Shown here in pieces: positions 1 through 9,539 of a DNA stretch of 64,000 nt. The stretch spans positions 2,752,001 to 2,816,000 of the forward strand of contig OZ243938.1 in assembly GCA_965214095.1 (NCBI GenBank), read 5' to 3'. A program made the position numbers and the translations under genes. Source of the DNA: Candidatus Poribacteria bacterium. GTDB lineage: Bacteria > Poribacteria > WGA-4E > WGA-3G. The first letter of the stretch is position 1; the number at the start of each line of letters is the position of its first letter. The notes under the pieces are model-generated. The model ran no database searches, was not told the origin of the DNA, and worked only from the letters and a program-made list of their open reading frames with translations.

Positions 1-61
1 TATTGCAAACTTATGGTGATATAATCTGGTGCGGTTGTGAACCGCACCTACCATAAAGATT

Positions 62-832
62 TTATATATTTGATCGGGATTGGCACCCGTCAACGTTAAT
101 ACATGCTCCTGTAATAAGACTGGCGCGTTCTGATGCAAGGAAGACAGCGACATTGGCGATCTCTTCCGGTTTGCCAAAACGTCCCAACGGCATCTCACTT
201 TCAACGAATGCTTTCATCTTTTCTGGGTCTGCTTTGATACGACGATCCCAACCGCCACCCGGAAATAGGATAGACCCAGGTGCAATGCTATTGACACGGA
301 TGTTTTGTGGTGCAAGTTCCTTCGCCAACGATTTGGTCATACTGATTTCTGCGGATTTTGCTGCGTTATAGGTGATATGTCCGCCACCCTCTCTGCCGTA
401 AATAGAGGTAATCATGATTATCGCGCCACCACCTTGTTTCTGCATTGCAGGGATAGCGTGTCGGTTAATACGTGCTGCTGAAACCAGATTTAGATCCAAG
501 ATTTCATGCCATTCTTCATCTGAAATCTCGTCTAATGGTGTCCACCGACTCCCACCCACATTGTTGACAACCACATCTATTCTGGTGAAACGATTCAACG
601 TCTCTGACATAAATGCCTCAACTTGATCAGGATCAGTTACATCGGTGGGTTTTGAAAACACTTTGATACCGTGTGCAGTGAGTTCCTCAGTTACATCTTG
701 TAAGGTATCCGGGTCTCTCCCACAGACGCTAAGTCGTACACCTTCTTCTGCAAATCCGTTTGCGATGGCTCTACCGATTCCACGGCTTGCCCCTGTCACA
801 ACGACGACTTTGTCTCTTAGTCTTAAGTTCAT
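62..832 (-). CDS. SDR family NAD(P)-dependent oxidoreductase (FabG-like)
   Basis: TGASRGIG Rossmann motif, NNVG, YNAAK (YxxxK) catalytic motif, IRVNSIAPG, GACINVDG. Confidence 0.9.
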   Translation of the reverse strand: MNLRLRDKVVVVTGASRGIGRAIANGFAEEGVRLSVCGRDPDTLQDVTEELTAHGIKVFSKPTDVTDPDQVEAFMSETLNRFTRIDVVVNNVGGSRWTPLDEISDEEWHEILDLNLVSAARINRHAIPAMQKQGGGAIIMITSIYGREGGGHITYNAAKSAEISMTKSLAKELAPQNIRVNSIAPGSILFPGGGWDRRIKADPEKMKAFVESEMPLGRFGKPEEIANVAVFLASERASLITGACINVDGCQSRSNI

Positions 833-887
833 TTAGTTGGCTCCATTCCTTTCATGCAAAGGTAATCGTTTGAATGTACATAAGTGG

Positions 888-1601
888 TCATTTCTTTTTC
901 TTTTTCGGTACTTTTTCTTCCTTAAGCCGATACCCTACGCCGTACACCGTTTCAATATGTGCTCCTAAATCACCGATTTTTCGTCTGAGTCGGCTGACGT
1001 GTGTATCCACTGTTCTATCAACACCGTAATATTCCTGTCCCCAGATGATATCCATAAGCACATCACGATTGAAAACGCGACCGGGTGAACGTGCAAACAT
1101 TGTAATAAGTTTGAATTCGGTTGCGGTGAGATCAATCGCGCCGTCTTCTGTTAACACTTGATGTCTATCCAAGTCAATTGTCACACCGTGTGTTTGTATC
1201 TGATTTTCCTCATCCGCCTCATTGCCTGCTTTGAGTCTTCGAAGGACAGCATTGATGCGTAAGACAACCTCGCGTGGACTAAAAGGTTTGGTGATATAAT
1301 CATCAGCACCTAATTCAAGTCCAGTTACGCGGTCACTTTCTTCAGATTTTGCGGTCAGCATGACGATGGGGATTTTTTTGGTGCGGGGGTCGTTCTTTAG
1401 GAGACGACAGACGATTAAGCCGTCAACCTCTGGTAGCATGAGATCTAATAGAATCAGGTCGGGTGGGTTATCTACTGCACGTTGCAGTGCGTCCGCCCCG
1501 TTACGTACAGCGTCAACTTTAAAATCCGCTTCCCGCAGATTATATCTTAGCAACTCTACGATGTCACGTTCATCCTCTACAATTAGTATTTTTGCTTCCA
1601 T
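888..1601 (-). CDS. OmpR/PhoB-family response regulator
   Basis: Receiver domain (ILIVEDE, DLILLDLMLP, GADDYITKPF) plus winged helix (RTVDTHVSRLRRK, ETVYGVGY). Confidence 0.92.
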   Translation of the reverse strand: MEAKILIVEDERDIVELLRYNLREADFKVDAVRNGADALQRAVDNPPDLILLDLMLPEVDGLIVCRLLKNDPRTKKIPIVMLTAKSEESDRVTGLELGADDYITKPFSPREVVLRINAVLRRLKAGNEADEENQIQTHGVTIDLDRHQVLTEDGAIDLTATEFKLITMFARSPGRVFNRDVLMDIIWGQEYYGVDRTVDTHVSRLRRKIGDLGAHIETVYGVGYRLKEEKVPKKKKK

Positions 1602-1701
1602 CAGAATATCCTTGTTGTTCGCAGTTAATTAAAATAGGTTTCGTAAAGGTATGTGTCTAATACTAAATTATTTTAACACATTTAGGAGCAAAATTGTAGT
1701 G

Positions 1702-1738
1702 AAAAAACAGGCATATAACCTTGCGGTTACCTGCCTAT
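1702..1738 (-). terminator. Probable intrinsic terminator downstream of the ABC ATPase gene
   Basis: Minus strand AGGCAGGTAACC-GCAA-GGTTATATGCCTG followed by TTTTTT. Confidence 0.55.
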
Positions 1739-1857
1739 TTTTTGTCAATGATTAACATAAATTATACAAGATTGCAAAAAAAGCAAGCAAATTACTGTTT
1801 TTTCAAAATTTCTTCAAATATCAGCAAAAAATCTGATAATTTTCATTAAAACCAAAA

Positions 1858-2901
1858 TTAATCTGAATTCCGAATAACAACCACTTCAACGGGTTTCAAT
1901 GTAACCACATCTCCCACCTCAAAGTACTGTTGATAGTCGGTTTGGACGAAATACTGTTTACTATCCACCTCAACGCGATAGGTAAAGTCATGCCCTTTGA
2001 ATTCACGGGCTACGATATGTCCTTGTTTTCTATCACGAGAATTGGTACTATGCTTTTCTATGTGGAGATGTTCCGGACGGATTGAAATGAGTGTGTGTGT
2101 TGTGTCTGGTGAATCTACTTCTAAAGTTCCAACGGGTGTATCTGCGATGCCATTTTTGATATCCGTTTCAATGATGTTCGTAGTGCCTAAAAATCTGGCG
2201 ACATATACTGTATTTGGGTGTTGGTATACTTCTGTAGGTGTGCCGATCTGTTCAATAGAACCGCTGTTCATGACTGCGACCCGTTCAGCGAAACTCAATG
2301 CTTCTTCTTGGTCGTGGGTTACCAGAACCACAGTGATCCCTGAGGCCTTTAGCAATTCGCGCACCTCTTCACGTGTGGTTTGTCGGAGCCCCGCATCAAG
2401 ACTTGAAAAAGGTTCGTCTAAGAGCAGGAGTTTCGGTTGTGTTGCAAGTGAACGTGCCAATGCGACCCTTTGCTGTTCTCCACCAGAGAGGTGGTGTGGC
2501 ATCCGTGCGTGTAGGTGTGCAATGCCGACTCGCTCAAGCGTATCCAAAGCATTTGCGTGCCGTTCCATTTTCGATATCTTCCGACTCAGACCGAAGGCAG
2601 CATTTTCAAGTACGTTTTTGTCAGGGAAAAGGGCATAATCTTGAAAGACAAACCCGATACCACGCGATTCAGGCGGAATGTATGTGTTTTGGTCATCAAG
2701 GACACGGTCTTCCATTGTTATCGTCCCTACGTCTGCCTTTTCAAATCCTGCAATGAGGCGTAAGGTTGTCGTTTTGCCACATCCGCTTGCACCTAATAAT
2801 GCGAAGATTTCCCCTGGATACACCTCAAAACTAACGTCTGTTACGATAGGTGTTGCTGCGAGCTGTTTTGTTGCTGAATTGACTGTGAGTAGTGGTTTCA
2901 T
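1858..2901 (-). CDS. ABC transporter ATP-binding protein (FbpC/PotA-like, C-terminal TOBE)
   Basis: Walker A GASGCGKT, VFQDYALFP, LSGGEQQR signature, LLLDEPFS, VTHDQEEA. Confidence 0.92.
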   Translation of the reverse strand: MKPLLTVNSATKQLAATPIVTDVSFEVYPGEIFALLGASGCGKTTTLRLIAGFEKADVGTITMEDRVLDDQNTYIPPESRGIGFVFQDYALFPDKNVLENAAFGLSRKISKMERHANALDTLERVGIAHLHARMPHHLSGGEQQRVALARSLATQPKLLLLDEPFSSLDAGLRQTTREEVRELLKASGITVVLVTHDQEEALSFAERVAVMNSGSIEQIGTPTEVYQHPNTVYVARFLGTTNIIETDIKNGIADTPVGTLEVDSPDTTHTLISIRPEHLHIEKHSTNSRDRKQGHIVAREFKGHDFTYRVEVDSKQYFVQTDYQQYFEVGDVVTLKPVEVVVIRNSD

Positions 2902-2927
2902 AATTTAATTATAACATACTTATTGTG

Positions 2928-4859
2928 CTAAAGCGAATGTCCTGCCCCTGAAGATGGCATATAGAGATTCATTACAAAACTGATGATACTCAATACGCTT
3001 CGTGGCACGAAATCTCCTAACACCAATCCGAGAAAAAACGGAATAGCCTTGCGATAGGTTTGCCAACCCGAGAACCGTAGGATCATAAACTTAATCAACC
3101 AACTCACCATGACAGGAAACCAAAAGTAGATGAGTCCACCCCAAGAAGCACCGGACAGCACGTAACCTGATGGATGCAGAGTCCACCATAGCAGACGTGT
3201 TCGCAAGAAATTGAGCAGGAACACAAATGCGAATCCAGCACCCATAAATCCTATTGAACTGACATTTGCCTCCTTCGGATGTTGCAACCAACTTTGCAGG
3301 GGATTGAAACTTTCCCACCCGAAGTGTCCAACATGTCCCTGACATCTTGCGAGCACGCCGTATTGATAAGCGACCTGTAGATATGTCCAAAATGTGGCAA
3401 ATGCACCGATTCCGATAGCAAGTGCCATGCATAAGACTAATGTTTTTCCGGGTATACGTGCTTGATTGCCGATTCGGAGCGATTCAATCTGGTTCGGCAT
3501 CGGATGTGAGCGGTTGCATCTGTTGAACGCATACAGAAAAGTCATGATAGTCAGGTTCGGTGCACCTAAAGCGCGCGTGCCGAAAGCATTGACCATAATT
3601 TGGCGCGGATTTATCCCGATAACTTCATGATAAGGAGGTCCTAATTCCGCACGGACTCGTCCGATTGCGAGTGCAAATGCAATAAATAGCGCGTAAAAAG
3701 CAGCGATCACCCATAGCGACATACCCGCCATATAACAGAAAAGAAACACTGCACCAACACTGAGTATCGCGAGGATTGCAGTTGTTCTATAGGATAGCGG
3801 TTCATTGCTATCGTCACCTTGTTCAAGTCCCACCACATGTCTGAAAAACCGCACGATATGTCTACGTCCCATCCATAACGTTAGCACTGCGATGCCTATC
3901 CATGCCCCTGACGCGCGGTCATTGAGATGGAGTGTGCCGATATTCGTTATACCGACTGCACTTGCGATCACTCGTTCTGCGCGTGTTAGCCAGAAGAAAA
4001 ACCACGTGGAAAACGCAAGGTCAAGGGGCATGAAATAGGTCAAACCGACTATTGCAAGATTGAACGACATAGAGACATAACCGACTGCGTTCCACGGTCT
4101 GTCTGTGAGGAATCTATCTAACCGATAACTTGATGGGAATGCGGGGAATACAGGAAACAGGTCGTGCAATCCTGCAATGATGCGGACCAGAGCAGCGATT
4201 CCAAAGCCTATCCAAAGTGATCGTAACCTGAAGAAACTGCGATTCGTTGTCATCTGCAACGGCAACTGCGTCAATGGGAAACTTAATTTTTCGCGTTCCA
4301 TCCACTGTTTTCGGAGTAGCAATCCTAAACAGAGCAACGATCCGTAGAGAATGAAGATAAAACCTGTCCAGATAAGTACTGGTTTTGCCCAGATGCGAAG
4401 GTGTTCAGTCAGATACAGACTTGATTCACCTTCGTAATAACCTACTAACCATTCAGGGTCGTGTGCTGTTAGCCATTGTGGAATGTGATGTAAAAAGAGT
4501 TGAGCCCACTCATTTTCGGGAGTAGCGAACCAGAATGGGTGTGCTAATGTCCCCATCAGGATTGCCATCATGGCATGTCCAGAGATGGTGGAGACCATCG
4601 TCACCATGATATAAATCAGTAGCAATTCTGCTGGCGTGAATGCGATACGTGGTGTGAATTTGCGAAGGACAACGTTGAGAACAAGCAGTGCTGCCAGTGT
4701 AAAGACCGCATTAGAAAACGGGGAGACAAGTGTATAGACTGCATACCAGAGTTCACTGGCTATTCCAACCCAGTATGCGTTTACGATGACGAGGATTAAA
4801 CCAACAATTATCGCTTTTTTGGAGATAACCTCGTTAGTTTGCGAGGTTTGGTGATTCAT
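2928..4859 (-). CDS. Polytopic membrane protein, DUF6785/DUF6784-like (putative transporter)
   Basis: Many hydrophobic segments; QWMEREKLSFPL, WTLHPSGY and PFFLGLVLGD motifs recalled from this family. Confidence 0.65.
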   Translation of the reverse strand: MNHQTSQTNEVISKKAIIVGLILVIVNAYWVGIASELWYAVYTLVSPFSNAVFTLAALLVLNVVLRKFTPRIAFTPAELLLIYIMVTMVSTISGHAMMAILMGTLAHPFWFATPENEWAQLFLHHIPQWLTAHDPEWLVGYYEGESSLYLTEHLRIWAKPVLIWTGFIFILYGSLLCLGLLLRKQWMEREKLSFPLTQLPLQMTTNRSFFRLRSLWIGFGIAALVRIIAGLHDLFPVFPAFPSSYRLDRFLTDRPWNAVGYVSMSFNLAIVGLTYFMPLDLAFSTWFFFWLTRAERVIASAVGITNIGTLHLNDRASGAWIGIAVLTLWMGRRHIVRFFRHVVGLEQGDDSNEPLSYRTTAILAILSVGAVFLFCYMAGMSLWVIAAFYALFIAFALAIGRVRAELGPPYHEVIGINPRQIMVNAFGTRALGAPNLTIMTFLYAFNRCNRSHPMPNQIESLRIGNQARIPGKTLVLCMALAIGIGAFATFWTYLQVAYQYGVLARCQGHVGHFGWESFNPLQSWLQHPKEANVSSIGFMGAGFAFVFLLNFLRTRLLWWTLHPSGYVLSGASWGGLIYFWFPVMVSWLIKFMILRFSGWQTYRKAIPFFLGLVLGDFVPRSVLSIISFVMNLYMPSSGAGHSL

Positions 4860-4908
4860 TAATTTTGTGGTTAGGGATTTGCTTTGCTCAATGAGAACTG
4901 CGGTACTT

Positions 4909-6432
4909 CTACAACTGTGCCATGGTTTGCATTTCTTTTCCCATTAATTCCAATATCTGGTCAAGCGTTTGGTACAACTTTATAGTATTCCCGACTTCAT
5001 CTGTCTTAATGAGACGGATTGCTTCTTGCAGTTGTGTATCATGCCTTAAGTTGACAGTCCTTTCAATACCGACATTAATGTTGAACAGTTGTTCAGTACG
5101 TATTGTCAACCATCTTAGACTGACTCGGTATCCATCATCAGCAAGTTTTTGCCTGAATTGTGGAAGTTCTGCCTCAAGTTTTCCAAAATCAGTAGGGGTA
5201 TTCCCTATACGTTTGGATTCTTCCTCAATCCATTCAGTGACAAAATTCTCCAGTGCATTTTTCTCTGCGACGATCCGCTGCATTATTTGTTCGATTCTTT
5301 CGGGTTGCGGTTCAGTAACGTGGACGTGTGGTGCAATCCCCGTATTATCTATTGATATGCCGTTAGGTGTATAATAGGATGATATTGTGAGTGAAATGGC
5401 ACCGAGGTCAGTTAGAGGGTATCGTTTTTGGACAACACCTTTGCCGTAAGTTTTTGTGCCGACAAGGATTCCCCGACCTGTATCTTTGATTGCACCTGCA
5501 ACAATTTCGGATGCACTGGCACTATATTCATCTACGAGGACAACAATGGGGATATCAGAGTCACACCTGGTTTTAGGACGGGCGAGATATTGATCATCAA
5601 ACTCGCTTTTTCTTCCCTTTGTTGAAACGATTATCCCCTGACTGATAAATGCGTCAGCGATGTGGTATGCTGCATCAAGCAAACCGCCTTGATTATTTCG
5701 TAAGTCTAAGATGAGTGCCTGCATACCTGCTTCTTTATGTTCTGCAAGTGCTTTGTTGAATTCTTCTACTGTGCCACCTACCCGGTTTGTTCCAATAAAT
5801 TTGGTTATTCTTATATATGCGATGTTATCGTCCAACATAGTTGTTGTTACACTTGGTACAGCGATTTTAGCGCGTTTAAGTTTTACATCAAAAGGTTCAA
5901 GGAACTTGCGTTGTACGGTAATGGTGACATTTGTATTAACTGCCCCTCTGAGTAGATCGACAACATCGTCAACGGTCATACCTGTTCTTTCATTTAAGAA
6001 GATTTGTTTTCCATTAACTTTGGTAATGTAATCGCCGGCTTGAAGATGTGCGGAATCTGCGGGAGTTCCTGGTATTGGTTTAGATATTTTGATAAATCCA
6101 CGATCAGGGTATATGCCTACTCCAATCCCACCGAAATTTGCATTATATAGATTTTCAACAGAACGTTGATGATCTCGTTCCGATAATAGATAAGTATATG
6201 GGTCATTTATTGCACCGAGTGCGCCTTTTATTGCACCACGATACATTGCATTTGTGTCTACCGGTTTATAATGATTTTCTTTTGCGGTATCAATAGCAGA
6301 TCTAAGTGCTATGATCAATCGGTTTATTTGCTCGGTTTCACTGGCTGCATCTTTCTCATTGGAGTGAATGATGAACAATGGTATTCCTATCGCTACGACT
6401 AATACGATGAACGACAATGTGTATCTTTTCAT
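4909..6432 (-). CDS. ctpA: S41 carboxyl-terminal processing protease with PDZ domain
   Basis: FGGIGV PDZ loop, ILDLRNNQGG, SASASEI (catalytic Ser), KTYGKGVVQ, YYTPNG; N-terminal TM/signal. Confidence 0.88.
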   Translation of the reverse strand: MKRYTLSFIVLVVAIGIPLFIIHSNEKDAASETEQINRLIIALRSAIDTAKENHYKPVDTNAMYRGAIKGALGAINDPYTYLLSERDHQRSVENLYNANFGGIGVGIYPDRGFIKISKPIPGTPADSAHLQAGDYITKVNGKQIFLNERTGMTVDDVVDLLRGAVNTNVTITVQRKFLEPFDVKLKRAKIAVPSVTTTMLDDNIAYIRITKFIGTNRVGGTVEEFNKALAEHKEAGMQALILDLRNNQGGLLDAAYHIADAFISQGIIVSTKGRKSEFDDQYLARPKTRCDSDIPIVVLVDEYSASASEIVAGAIKDTGRGILVGTKTYGKGVVQKRYPLTDLGAISLTISSYYTPNGISIDNTGIAPHVHVTEPQPERIEQIMQRIVAEKNALENFVTEWIEEESKRIGNTPTDFGKLEAELPQFRQKLADDGYRVSLRWLTIRTEQLFNINVGIERTVNLRHDTQLQEAIRLIKTDEVGNTIKLYQTLDQILELMGKEMQTMAQL

Positions 6433-6581
6433 ACGGGTACCCTGCTGCTGTTATTATAGCTCAATGTTCATTTGATGTGTTTTGTTTATATTCTAGTATG
6501 TTAGCATATTTTCTGTGTTTAAGCAATGGTATAATCAATAAACTGTCTGCTGTTTCCAATAGTCACAGTTAATTTCACAAG

Positions 6582-7484
6582 TCAATCCTGTTTCGGTTGT
6601 GTTTTCCACCGATTGTGAAGCCAAAGCCACTGATCCGGATATTTCTGTATGTATTTTTCCAACTCTTTAACAAGAAACGTTGTATATTCTATAACATCGG
6701 TTTCTGTATCACCAGATGAATCCAAATAGATTGGTGGAGAGATGTAGACATGATGTTGGTCATTTGGTTGCCGTATATCTAATGTAAATAGGATCGGCGT
6801 ATCGGTTTTCAATGCTATTGTTACGGGTGCTCTGGATGTGGATGCGGGTTTGCCAAAGAACTCAATGAATATTCCTTGCTCTCCTGCATTCTGATCAGCA
6901 AAAAACCCGACAGCTTCATTATTTTTTAGGGCACGTAGTGTTGCGCGAATAGCGTTTTTTCTCGGTATAAGTTTTAGACTCAGACGTTCTCTATTACGGC
7001 AAATATAAGCATTCAGTTTCTCATTTTTTAAAGGAAATGCGATGGCTGTTGCCCGGTTTGGAATGAGTACTCCCCAAACGAGTGAGAGAAGTTCCCAATT
7101 CCCAAAATGTGTTAAAACTACGATGACTCCTTTGCCTTTTTCAAATGCTGCATCAAGATGCTCTCTGCCTTCAACTGAAACTTCCTCCCAGATATTGTCA
7201 GGATTCAGTTTGGTGAAACGCATGAATTCAATGATTGTTTTACTGAGATTTATAAAACTTGCTTTACACATATCACGCCGCCTGTCTTCGTCCATGTCGT
7301 TTCCGAAGGCAATCTGTAAGTTATTGAGTGCGATCTGTTTGCGTTTTTTGAGGGTGCGATAGAGAAGTTTACCAATTCCTGTGCCGAGGGACATTGCCCA
7401 TTTCTTGGGTAGGAGACGGCAAACCCAACCAAAGATCATAACGAACTGATATACTGCACTGTCCTTCAATTTGTTTCGCGTCAT
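6582..7484 (-). CDS. lpxL: Lipid A biosynthesis acyltransferase (LpxL/HtrB family)
   Basis: HFGNWE catalytic motif, FFADQ, FFGKPA, PDQWLWLHNRWK. Confidence 0.85.
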   Translation of the reverse strand: MTRNKLKDSAVYQFVMIFGWVCRLLPKKWAMSLGTGIGKLLYRTLKKRKQIALNNLQIAFGNDMDEDRRRDMCKASFINLSKTIIEFMRFTKLNPDNIWEEVSVEGREHLDAAFEKGKGVIVVLTHFGNWELLSLVWGVLIPNRATAIAFPLKNEKLNAYICRNRERLSLKLIPRKNAIRATLRALKNNEAVGFFADQNAGEQGIFIEFFGKPASTSRAPVTIALKTDTPILFTLDIRQPNDQHHVYISPPIYLDSSGDTETDVIEYTTFLVKELEKYIQKYPDQWLWLHNRWKTQPKQD

Positions 7485-7518
7485 TGTATATGTATTTTTC
7501 CTGAATGTCTGATAATAT

Positions 7519-7700
7519 CTAATTCTATTGATAGTTCTCCGATGATATTAACCTGTATATATCCGTGCGATACTATGTATTTCACATCTTATACGGTTTG
7601 CAAGTTACTCATAGAGAGTAACCAGGGTTCATCTACCAAAGCACGCAGGAATATCCCACGTGCGCCATTCAAGTCTCTGTTCATCTTGCGTCCTGTGCTA
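7519..7700 (-). ncRNA. Predicted omegaRNA/reRNA of the IS607 TnpB (scaffold at the right end, guide from the flank); boundaries approximate
   Basis: Hairpins GTTACTC/GAGTAAC (7604-7622) and nested CCGTATA..GTGAAATAC-ATA-GTATCGCAC..TATACAGG lie just inside the right end; location inferred from TnpB biology. Confidence 0.5.
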
Positions 7701-9172
7701 TCTTTGATTATCTTGCGTCCACCGAGTGATTTTCTCATCTCACCATTCCAAGAAACTGTTTTTGATGTGTATGCTTCACAGACATCAACGATGATAGATC
7801 CAGTTTCTTTCGCTTTATGTTTTAGGAACTGTTTGAATCTGTAGTGAGAGAGTGTCAACATTTGTCGGACAGACCTCTTGCGTAGTTTGCGTTTTCCACG
7901 CATTACCATATCTGAAGTCTCAAATGTTGGGAGTAAGATAATATCAAAGGTATCTACAAGGTATCGTGCGACTTTATGATGCAATTCATCTACAAGATTT
8001 CTTATACGTGTGCGTATTCTGTTTGCAGCACGTCTCATATTCTTGCGTGATTGTCTATTTGCTTTAGCTGCACGAGATAATAGGTCATCGAGATATGAAC
8101 AGAGTCTTTGAATCCGATTGATAGCATGGTGTCCAAGCCATCCGAAACCACGCTCATGAAAATATGTGAGGAATGTTCTCACGCCAGGGTCTAAAGCAAC
8201 AACACGTCCGTTTGGCTTTCGCTTCGGAGTTGTCACAGTATAGGAAACACAGAGATAGTATTTATCATTCTCTTTCACGAGGCGTGAGTCACAGATATTA
8301 TCAGGTAACATCTCTGACATTTTGAGGTGTCCCAGCAAGGTGTGGTAAACACCTTGTTTTTTTATGGAAGACTTTGGAATGAAAATACTAGCTGAAGGGT
8401 GCCGTTTAGATTTGAAAGACACAGATTGAAACGCACCTGTTTTCTGACATTTTTGCTTTGCTGCTCTAACAGCAATACAAGCATCACGGATAGCAATAGA
8501 CTTTATCTGATACGGCGTTTCTTTGCTCCAATCAGGTAGATCGTGAAGAATACCTGTTTTTATCGCTTTCCAATTCGCTTTTGTGTCTGTTTCGTTCAAC
8601 AAAGCAACCGTTTTGTTGTAGGTAAAACGTGCTGTGCCAAACCACTGCCGAAGCGTTTCACGTTGTTCTGTTGTTGGATAAACTCTTATCTTCTTTGATT
8701 TTGTCACGGTAACTTCTGAGTCCGTGCATCCGGCTACTGAAGACATGCAGGATTGCGAGAAGATCCTGCGTGAGTTCTTCTTGTGGACTGTGCTCTGTTT
8801 GATCGAGAACCACGAGTTCGCCACCGTTTTGTTCAATGAGGTATCGTACAAGGTCGATATCGAATCGGGCGAGCCTATCCCGATGGGCAATAACAACTTG
8901 GAGCTTATCACCTTGCATAAGCCGTTCCAATAAGGTTCTAAGCCCTTTCCTTTTGAAGTTGATACCGCTTCCGATGTCTTTGATAACTTCTGCTTCGGGG
9001 TATATGCTTCGTATATACTCAACTTGTCGTTCGAGGTCATCTCTTTGCTTTGTGCTGGATACTCTGCAGTAGCAAACAGTTGCAATTGATTTGGATTTGC
9101 TTTTGATGTATCCTTCAACATCATAGCGTCTGTGTCCGCCTCCTGTGCGGATATATTCAATCTTTCCTTCAT
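7589..9172 (-). CDS. tnpB: TnpB RNA-guided nuclease, pro-Fanzor-like IS607 type; true start uncertain
   Basis: KIRVYPTTEQ...WFGTARFTYN, RuvC-I VALDPG, RuvC-II region IILLPTFE, EAYTSKT, RuvC-III NRDLNGARGI. Confidence 0.88.
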   Translation of the reverse strand: MKERLNISAQEADTDAMMLKDTSKANPNQLQLFATAEYPAQSKEMTSNDKLSIYEAYTPKQKLSKTSEAVSTSKGKGLEPYWNGLCKVISSKLLLPIGIGSPDSISTLYDTSLNKTVANSWFSIKQSTVHKKNSRRIFSQSCMSSVAGCTDSEVTVTKSKKIRVYPTTEQRETLRQWFGTARFTYNKTVALLNETDTKANWKAIKTGILHDLPDWSKETPYQIKSIAIRDACIAVRAAKQKCQKTGAFQSVSFKSKRHPSASIFIPKSSIKKQGVYHTLLGHLKMSEMLPDNICDSRLVKENDKYYLCVSYTVTTPKRKPNGRVVALDPGVRTFLTYFHERGFGWLGHHAINRIQRLCSYLDDLLSRAAKANRQSRKNMRRAANRIRTRIRNLVDELHHKVARYLVDTFDIILLPTFETSDMVMRGKRKLRKRSVRQMLTLSHYRFKQFLKHKAKETGSIIVDVCEAYTSKTVSWNGEMRKSLGGRKIIKDSTGRKMNRDLNGARGIFLRALVDEPWLLSMSNLQTV

Positions 9173-9244
9173 TTGCTAACTTCCTCAAATGGTCGGGGTA
9201 TAATCCAGCAGTTCACTTGCTTTACGTGCTGATACATAAGCCAT
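8658..9244 (-). pseudogene. tnpA: IS607 TnpA serine recombinase with a 1-nt frameshift in the N-terminal HTH
   Basis: ATG 9244 gives MAYVSARKASELL then runs into TGA; the shifted frame continues LYPDHLRKLANEGKI...RTGGGHRRY...YCRVSS..QRDDLERQ, DIGSGIN, RDRLARF. Confidence 0.8.
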
Positions 9245-9539
9245 ATAATAGCGGACTACAAATCCAGATAAATATCAAGAAAAATATAGATATTTAGATA
9301 CTGTTACTCAACCCTTTGAAGTAGAATGTAAGAGGCGCAATGAATTGCGCGACTACAAACCGACTATTTCTTAAAGGGTATGTTGTTTTTTAGAAATGGT
9401 ATAATATCTTGTTTGTCAATGATTAGAGTATATCATACATAGTTGTTGAAGACAACTGGTAGGATAGGACAAATTATTTTCAACTTGATAGGTTTCTATA
9501 TGCGTGGTAGAATTAACCTAAAGATAAGGAGGCATTAAA

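Larger units (their letters stand above)
7539..9313 (-). mobile_element. IS607-family insertion sequence (tnpA serine recombinase + tnpB)
   Basis: Overlapping tnpA/tnpB. Ends are inferred at GG dinucleotides on the minus strand (left AAAGG-GTTGAGTAACAG with TATCT repeats ~9313; right GTTAATATCATC-GG ~7539); no TSD, as expected for IS607. Confidence 0.8.

Noticed and set aside
1997-2638. Long antisense ORFs (also 53649-54275, 16041-16505, 17722-18195 and others)
   Set aside because: Shadows of well-supported genes on the opposite strand, with no motifs
9172-9244. Read-through from ATG 9244 into tnpB (same frame) via TGA
   Set aside because: A TAG follows three codons after the TGA, and the peptide matches the TnpA N-terminus; a frameshifted tnpA explains it better
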